In this document: one piece after another, positions 38,973-51,951 of the stretch
Numbering within the stretch: position 1 is the stretch's first letter
How the letters are laid out: each line of letters opens with the position of its first letter
From: Bispira polyomma
Lineage: Eukaryota
Direction of reading: 5' to 3'
Assembly (NCBI GenBank): GCA_965649765.1
Contig: OZ287754.1
Location: forward strand, 48,980,001 to 49,044,000
Length of the DNA: 64,000 nt
Program-made: the position numbers and the translations under genes
Notes under the pieces: model-generated
What the model saw: only the letters and a program-made list of their open reading frames with translations
The model's database searches: none
What the model was told of the DNA's origin: nothing

Positions 38973-41006
38973 GAGATTTTGTCTTCTTCAACCTTAAAAA
39001 TCTCTAAGTGCAAGTAATTGTATCCCCATAAATGCTAACAAAGCTTGTAGAATTTGGGCAATATCTATAATCCTTTGGGGTATCATGTTGCTCAGTTGAG
39101 TTTTCAATAAAAACTGTCTGGATTTGTGTGCTCTCCCTCTATATATATGATTTTGGAGGTGAATCGCGAGGCCCTGTACGTCTCCCGATTGCAAAATTGA
39201 AAGATCTACCTTATCGAGGTAGCGAGTAATCAGGATCGAGGCACCGACCTATCTGGATCAAGGTACCGACCTATCGGGGGTGACAAAGACCTATCTTTAT
39301 GGACGTAACTGGTTGTAACGACCTATCTTGGTCAATCGCGAGGATATTTTTTGTTTGTAAGAGCAAAATCCCTGATTTGTCTCAAGCTATCGGGCCTTAC
39401 TCGAGACCTATCATAACAATCGGGAACCATTACAATTATAGTTGTGAAACGTAAAATTTCCCGCCTTTTTGTCTAAAATTGGGGTAAAATACTAACGATT
39501 GCTCCGACCGTATTATCGGGGTCTCCTCCCGATATGTCTTGATAGTGTGACAATGTGACAGCGGCTTTAAGTGACTAATTACTATCATTTGGGCAGGATA
39601 GTAATCTTTAAATGTTTTAGATGTTGACTTTTTCTGAAAAATGTAAGGTCAGCTTATAGCTGTAAGATAGTGGGCAGTGTTCATTGTCAGAAATAAATTC
39701 AAGAAAATGTCTTGGCTGGGAACATTTTTTTTTGGCAAATGAAAAAGACATTTGCAGTGCTATCTTATAGAAGCTGTATTAATGTGAATACTATAAGAAA
39801 TATTGTACATAAATCACATAATTAAATAAATTATTGCCAAGTAAAAACAAAATTGTCTTCCAATATCATTTACCCTAAAAAGTGGAAAATTTCATTAGGA
39901 ATTTATTTCAGGTATTTTCACTTACAAGCTTGAATAGTGAACATTAATCACAAATGGATATTTAGCTTTCGGTTTGTATCTACCTTTAAGGTAAAAATTG
40001 AAAAAATATCTGTTTTTAAAACTTTAGTGAAACTCCTACTACAAGTAGCAAATAAGTAAAATTTTACTCCAGCTAAGATTTCCACTATGTCTTGTAGATT
40101 GCAACAATTTACCATTCTTGACAGTATCTGTCAAATATTTCGAATTTACACCTACACAAAAACAAGAAGAGAATGTAAAACTCCATAAAGACCAGAGTTG
40201 CACAGAGAACAAACAATCCTGACAATGTGCGATTGCTACCAGTCTATTATCTAGGAGAATATTGGAACTCAATATGGTGGTACTAGAGAAAATAACCTCA
40301 AAAACTTACAGAAATACCATAACATAATTCTTTATCATAGAAATAAAATTGCCAATATCGGTGAAATATTAGACAAGAGCACGTTTATGCCCCTGTCTTA
40401 CCAGCCTTCACACTGGATGTCGTGAAAAAATAAATTTTGCGTGAGAGATGGTATGGAAGAAATTTCAAAGACACGCAAACGATGTGGAAATGTAGTGTGC
40501 TGTATGGTGGGTATTTGCATGGGTGTTGCGGAGAGTGGCGTGTTCTAGCATGGTGATGTGTGGCTGTACATATGAACATGGTGTAGCATATGGGCGCATG
40601 TGGAATTGCATCCATTACAGCAATTACTGGCGTGGCTTTGTGACAGTTTGCGCTTGTGCGTGTTGTTGCTTGATGTGGTGTACAATAAAGTGTCTTCCTG
40701 TTTGTCTTGTTGCTTGATGTGGCGTATAATAAAGCGTCTTCCTGTTGGTCTTGGCATGTAGCTGCGTGTCATTTTTGCGGCTACTGAGGCATTTGCATGG
40801 ACAGCGACTCTCAAGGTTTTCGTGTACATGTGTGTCAATTTGTGTGTGAGTTTATGCCTTTTTTACGAAAATCGTGTTATATCAACTTTTGTGTGGACTT
40901 TTGCATCAAATGTCATCCAGGGTCGTGTGTGACTTACATATCCTAACATAAATCCGGTGAGCCTGGAGCATTAGCCTTTATTTGTACTGTAAATTGGCAT
41001 ACTTAC

Positions 41007-41120
41007 CGTCTTCACAAAGCGTGCCTTCATACCCTGAGTCAACACAATTACACTGAAAACTTCCTGCAATATTGACACATACTCCATTTATACAGGGATC
41101 TTCTGTACATTCATTGGTGT
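41007..41120 (-). CDS. cbEGF exon 5 (type A)
   Basis: ttacag/gtaagt, 114 nt: DTNECTEDPCINGVCVNIAGSFQCNCVDSGYEGTLCED. Confidence 0.92.
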
Positions 41121-41279
41121 CTGTAAGAAGGAGGCATATATAAGTGGCTGTTCCATAAAAGTTCACCATGTTAAGTATTAACAAAAAGGCCAAAGCCTGA
41201 TAGCCCAGATAAACACAGCAACCAGATGCCTAGAAGTATAGATTATTCTCACTGATCTTATAAACCACACTTGTACAGT

Positions 41280-41535
41280 GGGGCCGCGGTGGTGTAGTGG
41301 TTAGCAAGCATTGCGCTTCACAATCACTGGTCTCCCACCTCTGGGCGGCGTAAGTTTGAATCCCGTCGATGCCTTTGTGGGAAAGGTGGTAGTTCCTTAC
41401 TGTGGGCCGCTGGTTTCAGTGCAGAACCTTGATCAATTGTATGCAGTGTTTCCTCCAGCCTTTCAAACTGCCCGTCCCAATATAACCTAAACAGGTACTA
41501 GAGTGGACGTTAAATATCCAAATTCAAATTCAAAA
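41280..41535 (+). mobile_element. tRNA-derived SINE, copy 2
   Basis: GGGGCCGCGGTGG head, A/B boxes, (AATTCA)n tail, TSD GTACAGT. Confidence 0.92.
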
Positions 41536-42091
41536 GTACAGTACTGTATTCACATCTACAATGTACACACATTTCCTTTGCAGTACACTATGCAGCAGTT
41601 TGAAGAGATTACATATTGTGTTACAAAGTTTAAATTTTCTATTGCTCCTTTTAATTATGCTACAACATTTTGATTGGTTGGACATCATGTTAAAACGCAG
41701 TGCTTAGTTTTTCACATATTGCCTTATAATTGCTACTGGTTTTTTTAAACGGTCCTATCATATTTGATTAATTAAGTATATCAAAACATGTTACATGGGA
41801 TGGTATTCACAATTATTCATATTTATATAAATCAGGATTGGTAGCGACAAAGATATATGTTTTAAAACCTATGTCTCATTTCATTTAATTAGCTGAAAAT
41901 ATTATAACAAAGAATTTGATTGATTAAGTATAGCAAAACATGTTACATAAATGTGGGACGGTATTCACAAATATTCTTGATTATATAGTCAGGAATGGTA
42001 GTAACAAAGATTAAAGTTTTTTAATCGATGTCTCATTCCATTTGATTAGCTGAAAATATTGTAACAAAGAATTTGATTGGCTCGGACCAAC

Positions 42092-42208
42092 CTATGTGGC
42101 AGGTGTCTCCACTGTAGCCTGTAGCTGTGCAATCACAGGTAAACGATCCCTCTGTGTTTGTGCAAGTACCATTGTTCAGGCAAACCCCATCATCACATTC
42201 ATTTATAT
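42092..42208 (-). CDS. cbEGF exon 4 (type B)
   Basis: ag/gt, 117 nt: DINECDDGVCLNNGTCTNTEGSFTCDCTATGYSGDTCHI. Confidence 0.9.
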
Positions 42209-42692
42209 CTGCAGAGATAAATGATACATACTGTATAGGTCACGTCTTTTTCCAGTTGGTCACAGGTGTCGCCAACATTTTGGCAAGGTTTAACATTCAT
42301 CACCACAATTTTTGTAATGTTTAAAAGTTTTTTTCAAAAAGTGTATAATATTACTGGAAACATGAATTAATTTTAAATACAGGGTGATTTTTTCTAATAT
42401 AGACGAGGGTTATGTGTGTCATATATAATTGACTATTAACCTAGGTACAACACAGGCACAATGGCCCGAGGACAGTAGTTTTCCATTTCTGAGACAGTGA
42501 CAAAAATCTGGCTCCTAAGTTTTGAACTTTTGAGGGTTTGGAACGGCAACTTTACAGCATTCAAAATATTTTTGATCATGTAGGGTCACTCAAATTCTAG
42601 GTTAGGACTAATGTTGACTCACTGGTTCTAACATTAAGATTGTTGGCCGCTGTACGAAAAAGTGAATGGTGCCCCCCTGTTAACATACTTAC

Positions 42693-42806
42693 CATTTTGG
42701 CATGAGGATCCATTGAACCCGGAGTTCCCACAAATACACAGAACTCCACCTGCTGTGTTGACACAATCTCCATGTGTACAAGGATTGTCATCACACTCAT
42801 TGGTAT
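42693..42806 (-). CDS. cbEGF exon 3 (type A)
   Basis: ag/gtaagt, 114 nt: DTNECDDNPCTHGDCVNTAGGVLCICGNSGFNGSSCQN. Confidence 0.92.
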
Positions 42807-43141
42807 CTACATATACATACACAATTATAGGCTATCAAAAAGGTTATATCTATATATATTAGGATTTATTTTATATTGTGAGAATATCAAAATTTGAGAT
42901 CATACAAAAACTGTACCTTTAATAATAATGGTGAGGTAAAGTCTTGAAGCTGTCTGTGTACAGTCCATGAATCCTTAAGTACATTATATTTGTCCTTTTA
43001 AACTGTCCCACAACATTTGACTGGTTAAGTATTTCAACAAATTTTATGTATTCACAAGGATTCTTATACTTTAATTAGTGTCTCATTCCATTTTATTGGC
43101 CGAAAATATTGTAACAAAGAATTTGTTTGGCTAAGACTAAC

Positions 43142-43258
43142 CTATCTGGCAGGTTTCTCCACTGTAGCCTGTAGCTGTACAATCACAGGTAAATGATCCC
43201 TCTGTGTTTGTGCAAGTACCATTGTTCAGGCAAACCCCATCATCACATTCATTTATAT
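43142..43258 (-). CDS. cbEGF exon 2 (type B)
   Basis: ag/gttagt, 117 nt: DINECDDGVCLNNGTCTNTEGSFTCDCTATGYSGETCQI. Confidence 0.9.
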
Positions 43259-43832
43259 CTGTAGAGATAAATGATACATACTGTATAGGTCACGTCTTTT
43301 TCCAGTTGGTCAAGGGGGCGCCAACATTTTGGCAAGGTTCCATTCATCACCACAATTTTTGTAATAGTTTAAAGTTGTTTTCAAAAAGTGTATAATATTA
43401 TTTTATAATGGGTTAAAATAAGACCGAAATCGCTCCGTATCTTATGGTCAAGGAAAAAACCGACATTTTAAAAAAATGCAGATTTTCAAGATTGCTACCA
43501 AGACAGAAACTTTTTGAAATTAAGATAACTACAAATTACAAAAATGGAAACCCTAATTGAACCTGTATATATTTTTACACAGTTTGATTAAATTTTATGG
43601 TTACCTCATTTTAATAGTTACACACACTATAAAAGCATACTCATTGTCCTCATAGTACGTCCAATATGAGTAAAACTTGAAATATGAGTGAAAAAAGTCT
43701 TAAGTCAACCTCCTTGAGTCTAAATTTGTCCGAGACTGGTTGTGAATTTGATTTTATGTCGAAAACAAAATTTAGATTGGAAACCTTTTGCGAATCCAGC
43801 CACTGGACCCTGGTTGGCCATTATCTACTTAC

Positions 43833-43946
43833 CATCTTGACATAAAGATCCACTGAAGCCAGAGTTTCCACAAATACATAGAACTCCACCTGCTGTGTTG
43901 ACACAATCACCATGTGTGCAAGGGTTGTCCTCACACTTATTGATAT
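43833..43946 (-). CDS. EGF exon 1 (type A)
   Basis: ag/gtaagt, 114 nt: DINKCEDNPCTHGDCVNTAGGVLCICGNSGFSGSLCQD. Confidence 0.9.
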
Positions 43947-44599
43947 CTACAATACAAATGTACAATGTTAATAGCATTTATTTATCAAAACACTAAAAGT
44001 CTTTGGGCTTGCACATGTACAATTAAAGAAATTTAAATTCTGGTTATCGAAGTTGGTCTGGTGATAAGAAGGTCCCTAGTGCAACCCCAGCAACTAATGG
44101 CACATGGTTCATGGGGCAATATCATCCGTGGGCAGAATTTAAGCACAAAATGTCCTACGTCTTATCACGCCAGACTGCATCACAAGCTGGGCCATGACTG
44201 CAGATGTGGAAGGCAAGTGTGTTACCACTACACCACCCAGGCTGCTGTCAAGTCAAGAAGCAGGAAGAAAACCAAATGTTTAAAATGGTCATATATAACA
44301 TTTATTTATAAAAAGATTAAGAGCCCTTGGGATTACCATATATAATTAGTGTTATATCTTTTAATTGTATACACAGCCAGACTGTTAATATTGTCAGCTT
44401 AATAAACTGGCCATTACAATCCATCACAGTTGTTTACTTTTGTATTAATATACTTTTTGAGAGCTCTGGGCAGCTATATATACAATTAGTACATAACAAT
44501 GTTCAGCCCTTCCAGATTATGTCTTAGCAGTCAACAACAATGTGTATTAATCTGTACTATGCCATGCCTTTACTATATATACTAATACCTTTCATCAGT

Positions 44600-44812
44600 G
44601 TGGGGCCGCGGTGGCCTAGTGGTTAGCAAGCATTGCGCTTCACAATAACTGGTCTCTCACCTCGGGCGGCATGAGTTCGAATCTCGTCGATGCATTGATC
44701 AGAACCTTGATCAACTGTATGCAGTGTTTCCTCCAGCGTTTCCAACTAACCGTCCCAATATAACCTAAACAGGTACTAGAGTGGACGTTAAATATCCAAA
44801 TTCAAATTCAAA
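44600..44812 (+). mobile_element. tRNA-derived SINE, copy 3 (internally deleted)
   Basis: 13-bp TSD ACCTTTCATCAGT (44587-44599, 44813-44825); A/B boxes; tail. Confidence 0.92.
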
Positions 44813-45771
44813 ACCTTTCATCAGTCTACTGCAATACCAATATGTTGGTATATTGTTACCCAGTGACCCCTTAAGCGTAAAAAAGGTCTACGAAACTTAA
44901 GTAAAGGACCAAGCCATAAAACTTAGACACTGTAATTTTAAACTTTCAACAGTAAAAATCTGACAATAGTAATTGCATTGTATTATGGATTTTTAACCCA
45001 CCCCATTGATGCGAGACATCTTCTAAAGTGCAACAACAGCATCTGTTAACCAATAGAGAAGTCCAAATACATAGCCAAGGTATAGCAATATAACCCTAAC
45101 TTGCTCCAAGTAACAAGTCAGGAGACATCTTGAGAAGGTTTTGTTAAAATCCTAACACTATTGTAGGAGTGCTGATGGATCCTAGCATGTTGGCCATAGT
45201 CCCGATTGGGTGCCAACAACATTGCTCCTGTTCAAGACTCTTATGGTCTAACAACAATTTCTTTTAAAGTCTTACTGGATCCTGATCAGTCCTGGTGAAT
45301 CAGAGTTAAATCGTAATGCATCATAGGTGTGATCTGGTCTCAGTTAAACTGGACAATTTTCTCCATACCAAGTACACTAACTTATTAGTTGTGAGACACT
45401 ACTGATGCCCCCTTCCATAGTAAGTCAGAGGCAGTAGTTATGTCTCAATAGATCGCCACGGTAATCATTGTAGGTCAGTACTATCTTTATGATGTTGACT
45501 GTTTCCTGTTTATCGCTTGATTTTTAATTCTGATTACCATTTTAATCAAACACTTTGATTATAATAAAAAAAGTGCTAAAAAGTTTGATAATAAATAATG
45601 AATAAAATTTATGAAAGACTTTAACTTTCTTGTAAACCACACTAAGAAGGACTATATATATAAATGCTTAAGTTTACTGGTAATCAATTGGGTTTAACAC
45701 CTCATACAATAAGGAGTTCTTTGATTATTATATTTCGACCCTTTGTGAGCAGAAGTCTTATCAGAGGCAAT

Positions 45772-47080
45772 GCTTGTAATTTTAATTGTAATTAGACTTT
45801 CATAGCGCTTAATCTCCCCTTAAAGAAGGGGACTCTAAGGCGCAACAGCACAAAAGACAATAATCCAATTTCCAATATTAAGGGACAGAAAAGGGTCGAG
45901 CACCACAGAGCGTGCCGGGGAATGATTGAGACTAAGGTGGGTATGCTTTGGTGTACAGTGGGATTTAAGCTGCTTTTTAAAAGAGGCTAGTGAGGGGGAA
46001 GCACGAATCACATCAGGAAGAGCATTCCAAACAATGGGAGCATCAAAAGCAAAACTGTGACCAAACTGTTTAACTGACTTTTGAGTAGACGGGTGGAACT
46101 TTGGAACTACAAGAAAATTACTACCACTCTGACTGTGTCTGGTATTATAGGAACTACTGTAAGAGGAATAATGTGGGGCAAAATACCTTGGAAAACCAGT
46201 GTGAAGAAACTTACGAACAAGTGTAGCTGTTTTAAACACTGAACGCTGTTCAATAGGGAGCCAATGCAATTCATTAAGAACAGGAGTTATACTGGTGTAT
46301 CGACTGGTATTTGACACAATTTTAGATGCACTATTTTGAATGCATTGTAATTTACATAAATTAAACTTTTAGAGACTCCTGAAAAGTGAATTGCAGTAAT
46401 CCAGTCTACTACTGACAAGAGCATTGGCCACAAGTATAGACACATCATAAGTGAGAAACCGCCTGACATGTCTAAAGTCCCGGAGTTGCACAAAACAACT
46501 TTTGCAGACACTCTGAACGTGTTTAGAAAAGGAAAAGTCAGAGTCAAACCATCCACCCAGGTTCTTGACAGAATCAGCTGGGCTGGAAGCTGTCAACTGG
46601 AAACCATGCTTTCAACTTCTCCCTCTGTCGTTTTGAGCCAAAGATTATAAACTCAGTCTTGTCAGGATTAAGTTTGAGTTTACCAGTTGACATCTACTCC
46701 TTCACATCGTCGAGGCACCTGTTCAAATGTTCTTTTTGGGCTAAATACACATAAATTTGGGTATCATGCTGCATCTGCATAGAAATGAAACTTAATGCCT
46801 TTGTATTTGCCAATCACCAATCTGAGAGGGCAGTGTACAATGAAAACAACAGAGGGCCCAAAACATAACCTTGAGAAACACCAAACAATAGTTTACAAAG
46901 ATCGGACAAAGTAGAGGCAATTTTTATTGACTGATAACGATCAGTTAAGTAGGAAGTAAACCACTTAAGAACAGAGCCCCCAACTCCAAACCAAGTCTGA
47001 AGACAACTGAGAAGAGTGGAATGATCAATGGTGTCAAAGGCAGCAGAGAGGCTGAGCCACACCAGGGCAGTAGGTTCGCA
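45772..47080 (-). mobile_element. 5'-truncated L2/CR1-group LINE, degenerate
   Basis: LSAAFDTIDH, GVSQGYVLGPLLF, SVKNLG, ALVSSRLDYCNSL, LHWLPIEQR and WNALP. 3' motif GATTAAGCGCTAT plus (AATTAC)-like tail. Confidence 0.92.
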
Positions 47081-47175
47081 TAATACATACCAACTTTATT
47101 GGTAATCAGGTTTTCAGTCCGTAATGTACATTTTGGCCTTGGATGGTGTATCTGGTAATCTTCTTAGTAACTTAC

Positions 47176-47241
47176 CTGGTGAAATAAATTCCAAAACTTT
47201 CGTGCCCTTAATGTCTGTACACGTAGTGCTGGTGCACACCT
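47176..47241 (-). CDS. Linker exon between SEA and EGF array
   Basis: tctttcag/gtaagt, 66 nt, phase 1-1: EVCTSTTCTDIKGTKVLEFISP. Confidence 0.7.
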
Positions 47242-47828
47242 CTGAAAGAGAAAAACACCTAGCTGACTTAAATGGTAAATTAGAATTTTGCTGACTCGCC
47301 ACATGCATATCCCCAGATGAAGCATTTGTCAATGCCACACAAACCATTTTTGTCTAAATGAGGTAGTCATGTACAAAAATACTATCCATTCGACGAATTT
47401 CTGGTCTTAACTTAGAAATGGAAATTCCAATACAAACCTCGAATCTTTGAAATAGAACAGTTAGTTAATACAAATACACATTTAGGTCAAAGCAAAGATG
47501 CTTTGAAATGTTTTATAAATGTGTGATATAAAAGAAAAACACAACTTTTTGAAAAGACTGGAAAGTGGTACTACTATAATTGGGAAAGGTGATTGTATGA
47601 AAGGATGTCCATTAAATATAGGAGACATTTAGTAAAAATTTTACTCAAATTGAACCTCCTCCTGTCGAGAGGGAGGATACTAAAAATTTGACTGTTTGAA
47701 TTCAGCACTGAAAGCTCTATTGCAATGAATGGTGACCAGTATAGGTAATTATAGATACAGGAGTTATACATCGTCTTCATTTGAGTAGAGTCTGAGGTTC
47801 TTTTTAGAATAGGGGGCTCTAAACTCAC

Positions 47829-47992
47829 CATTAGATACTTCTTCAGTGAATGTTACAAAAATGGTGTTGTCTTTTATTGGAAAGTTGTCACTACCTTCCT
47901 TTAACATTGTGAAGACAGTCTTAACAATATCTGATGAGGCTCTTGTTGAATTTACAAACTCAATCGTGAATGCAATTGATACTGATCCCTTC
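47829..47992 (-). CDS. SEA domain exon 3 (GSV motif)
   Basis: tttcag/gtgagt, 164 nt, phase 2-1: KGSVSIAFTIEFVNSTRASSDIVKTVFTMLKEGSDNFPIKDNTIFVTFTEEVSN. Confidence 0.85.
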
Positions 47993-48439
47993 CTGAAACA
48001 TATAGGATATACAGGTTTTTGTGTGAATATTCTTTTGTATTCAAATTCTTATATTCTGTCCAGTATCAACCTTTTGTCTGGGCTTGTCGTCATGAACATA
48101 ATATTGTGGTTTAATTGGGGAGTAGCAAAAAAAAAATATTATTTAACAAGAATCTATCTTACTAATAAAACAAACAGAATAAAAAAAATTTAAATTAATT
48201 TATTTATTTTTTCTTATTTTTTTAAAATTTTTTTTTTTATTATTTATTTATTTATTTTTTTTTTTTGTTGTCATTAAATTGGTACGCCTGGGCGTACTGG
48301 CGTTAATGGTAGCTACGCCACTGCTTTTACTCCATTTATCGATAACTTATTGACATTTTGATTAGCACAAATACTACAGAATAACTACTTTAAATACGTT
48401 CTGATTTAAAACATTTTATAGGTAATCTTAACAAGTATA

Positions 48440-49320
48440 ATGTTACACAAAATACATGTAGCAATGTGTAAAATTATGGTAAAAATAGTTAATATAGTTC
48501 AAAGTACATGCTTTCCAAATGCATCACAACTCACATATAAAGAAAGAAATCAATACTGAAGTATGGTACATAACTCAACAATTGACTTTGGATATTTAAT
48601 GTCCACTCTAGTACCTGTTTAGGTTATATTGGGACGGGTAGTTGAAAACGCTGGAGGAAACACTGCATACAGTTGATCAAGGTTCTGCACTGAAACCAGG
48701 AACTACTACCATTCCCACATAGGCCTCGATGGGATTCGAACCCCCGCCGCCCAGAGGTGAGAGACCAGTGATTGTGAAGCGCAATGCTTGCTGACCACTA
48801 GGCCACCGCGGCCCCCATAACTCAACAAAGGACAGCTTCAGCATTATTTTGCATGATTTAGTTTTTCAGTTAAAACGCAAAAACTGGGTTAACTTCTCAG
48901 AAAAACATTTAAGTTACTGTCTTCTTAGAAAAAATGTCATCTGTACGGCAATTATATAAAATAAGGAAATCTATTAAGAAATGTCAATCATTGAAAATAA
49001 ATATATGTTTCTGTTTTCTAAAGTGGGGGTAGTGTACATAATGCCGTCATATATGCCGGATGAATAGCCGTATTATGTCACAGTGGAAACCCTTTTCTCT
49101 TGGATATATTTACAAATATGACATTCCAACATCGATTTGAATATGTGTGACGTCACAATACAGAGGCCATGGTATTGCTGTTTTAATCATAGCAGTGCCA
49201 AAACAATGACGTTTAAAAGTTGTTCCCATATACAAAAGTTATAAAAAACAACAGTAAAGTACTTTCAAGGTTGGCATAGCATGATATGTAGTAAATATAA
49301 ATTAACGTTCATAACATTTT
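48440..49320. mobile_element. Older partial copy of the Kolobok-like element, interrupted by a SINE
   Basis: Colinear similarity to 62232-62750 (CAAAGTACATGCTT, CAGCATTATTTTG, TGTGTGACGTCACAATACA). Confidence 0.65.
48582..48815 (-). mobile_element. tRNA-derived SINE, copy 4
   Basis: 13-bp TSD CATAACTCAACAA (48569-48581, 48816-48828). Confidence 0.92.
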
Positions 49321-49399
49321 TAGAGGAATCATAGCGGATGATTTGCACATTCATGTTACTGAACCCCTCAAACTAGAATACTATTAAAGATCTACTCAC

Positions 49400-49461
49400 G
49401 CTATGCCCGTTACCACACAACTTGTGTAACCGTAGTCCAGACTGCTGTACATTTGATCTAA
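49400..49461 (-). CDS. SEA domain exon 2
   Basis: Pyrimidine-rich acceptor ...cttctag, donor gtgagt, 62 nt, phase 0-2: LDQMYSSLDYGYTSCVVTGI. Confidence 0.82.
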
Positions 49462-50649
49462 CTAGAAGCCAAACACAAGAGAAGAGAACACTAAGAACAC
49501 TCAGAACTTAAATATATATATATAGCAACAAAGAAGCTTCCATGAGCAAAAAGGTGTAAATTTGAAAATGGCCAGGATTTGTGGTTTAGTTTTTTATTTT
49601 ATATTAATTGATGTATACACTGTCGGCATAAAATATACCCCAGAAAATTGGCTACTTTATCATATATAAGAAATGAGGATATATATTGATTTCAACTAGA
49701 TTCTATCTCTGTATATGCCGATTTTGATTTACAACGTTTTGCATATGGAAGCCGCTCTGTCGTCAATCAGCAAAACATCAGTTTAAAAAGCTGTCATTGG
49801 CGGCAGAATACTCGGTCTACTACAGTCCCTAAGGCAATCTTTGTACCAAATATGAACTTCCTCTGCCTCACAATTTCTGAGAACCAGCCCAGACAAACTG
49901 TATAACCATAGTTTAGATTGCCGTACATGTGATCTTACTGGTATAAGTGAAGCAAGATTGAAGATATAAGGCCATTGCAAACCAGTTCTTGTGTGGTATG
50001 ATCCAAATGTTTATAATCAAAAAACATTTTGCAAATGATAAAAACATATTGTCGATACATACACAATCACATCCGATTACATAAGTGCCATTTTCTATGG
50101 ATATTTCTGAAATAGAAATGTCTCTAATGTTCGTCTGATCATAGTATCTGGTTACCTCAAGAGAGCATCTTGTTACCTCAAGATAACATCACGTTACCTC
50201 GAGATTTTTTTACAAAAAAAAAAAACAAAAAACAAATTGTATGGCAAAACATGAAGAAACTTTGGCAGAAACATTGGGGAGGGACATTATTAATAAGTGC
50301 AAATAGGACAAACCACAATAAAGATGTCTTGATACTTTAAATCATAAAATAGTTTATAAGAAAATAGACAGCCTGGAAAGATTTATTATAATTCAATTAC
50401 ATACTGATAAAAAAAGATTTTCTTTTAACAAACATTTATGCTCTTAATACTAATAGGGAACAACTAAAATATTATGAAGATTTATTGCATGATACGGAAC
50501 ATGAAGACATAAATAAATGTTAATGTTAATATAATTATATCAGGGGACTGGAATTTAGTTCAGAATGTAAGTATAGATTAAAAAAGGTGGAATTTCATCA
50601 AGTAAAGGATCTTGCAAATTAGTACAAAATATGATGAACAAGCTAGAAG

Positions 50650-50880
50650 TGGTAGATATTGGGGACTTGAAAACCTAAGTACAGAATATGGAATCAAAAG
50701 CAATCAGAAATACACTGTAGGCTTAATAGACTACTGGATGATGTTATATAACTGAATAGATTGGGTCACCTATGCAAATATTAACTTTTTTCAAACTGAT
50801 CATTCTCAGATAAGTTTAATTTTGCAATATGATGATAACTGTGACAGAGGGAAAGGATACTGGAAAACGAACAGATACCT
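50650..50880 (+). mobile_element. Highly degenerate L1-type endonuclease fragment
   Basis: Remnants of IDYW, TDHS and RGKGYWK.N motifs. Confidence 0.45.
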
Positions 50881-51826
50881 TTTATTTTTTATAGTATTTA
50901 ATGATAGCATGGATGTAGAGGAATACAACTTGGTATATATTACAGAATTTTTAAGGCGTGACAAATTTAATCAAAATTTTGCTTAAAAATCTCCACAAAT
51001 GAAGAATTTGTCGAAATTCTAAAGGCTTGGTAATTTGTCAGCTGTTTGCCTGCATCTTTGAAACTTTCCCCAAACTGCTTATGAAGGCTCGGTCAACATT
51101 TTACGCCTACCCGAGAAATATTTGAATCTGTTACACTTGCAAAATAGTAGTTTTGCAAAGTATTAAATAACTTTGTAGTGGCAATATAAGAGACATCATC
51201 AAAGTAGTTAACAGTTATAATAGTCCAGGTATATGAAATAGGACATTTAATATAGCGCACTTATACAACACAGGGCCGTTTCAAATGCACTTCCTCATGG
51301 GCAGCCACTATAAAATGGGTGCAGAGGCTTGCTTTAGAATGACCATTTATCAACGTCCGCAATGATCTTTAACCTGTCACTGGAGATATTACTCAATGAC
51401 CTTAAGGAGCGTTTGCCGTTGAGCTATGACAAACATTTTTTTTAGAAAACCCAATGATAAGCACTAATTAGATCCCCGGGGGTCATGTGACTTTTTAAGT
51501 ACAAAGGAGACCACAAATAGTTTTTCCAAGACTGTTGCTAAGCACTGTTATCATGCACAAAATGGTAAACATGTGGTCATAATCTTCAAACAGCTCGAGC
51601 TAAACTCAAGCTCAAATCTAAGGTACACATATGTCTCGCCAGAATAAAGATAGGTAACATCTAATTACATATTTAAATTCAGTGATCAAATCTCTATTAA
51701 AACGAATGGTTACAAGTATTGGGTATTTCCAATAAACTGTAAAATCACAGCTGTCCTTTATTAGGGTTGAGTGTTGGTTTCCTTGGATCATATGGTCCCT
51801 GGTGTCTGTTTTAGCTGTACACTCAC

Positions 51827-51951
51827 CTCACTACAGAACACATCACTCACATCCTTGTAAGCTGCAGATGTTGGATCGTCATAGTCATCTTGATAGTCCC
51901 AGTTCAGACTTACTCGGCCATGGATTGTAACATCAGAAACATCATTATTTG
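51827..51951 (-). CDS. SEA domain exon 1
   Basis: ctacag/gtgagt, 125 nt, phase 1-0: ANNDVSDVTIHGRVSLNWDYQDDYDDPTSAAYKDVSDVFCSE. Confidence 0.85.

Larger units (their letters stand above)
36722..39567. mobile_element. Decayed PIF/Harbinger DNA transposon
   Basis: Convergent MADF gene (+) and HARBI1-type nuclease (-). Degenerate terminal repeats; boundaries approximate. Confidence 0.85.

Noticed and set aside
41280-41370. tRNA gene-like sequences with A and B boxes
   Set aside because: They are SINE heads with a shared body, tail and TSDs, and no proper cloverleaf.
26751-43946. Assignment of the EGF gene to Notch, fibropellin, fibrillin or crumbs
   Set aside because: No LNR, ankyrin, CUB, avidin, TB or LamG exons were seen, and the N-terminal TM + SEA does not fit, so no gene symbol is given.
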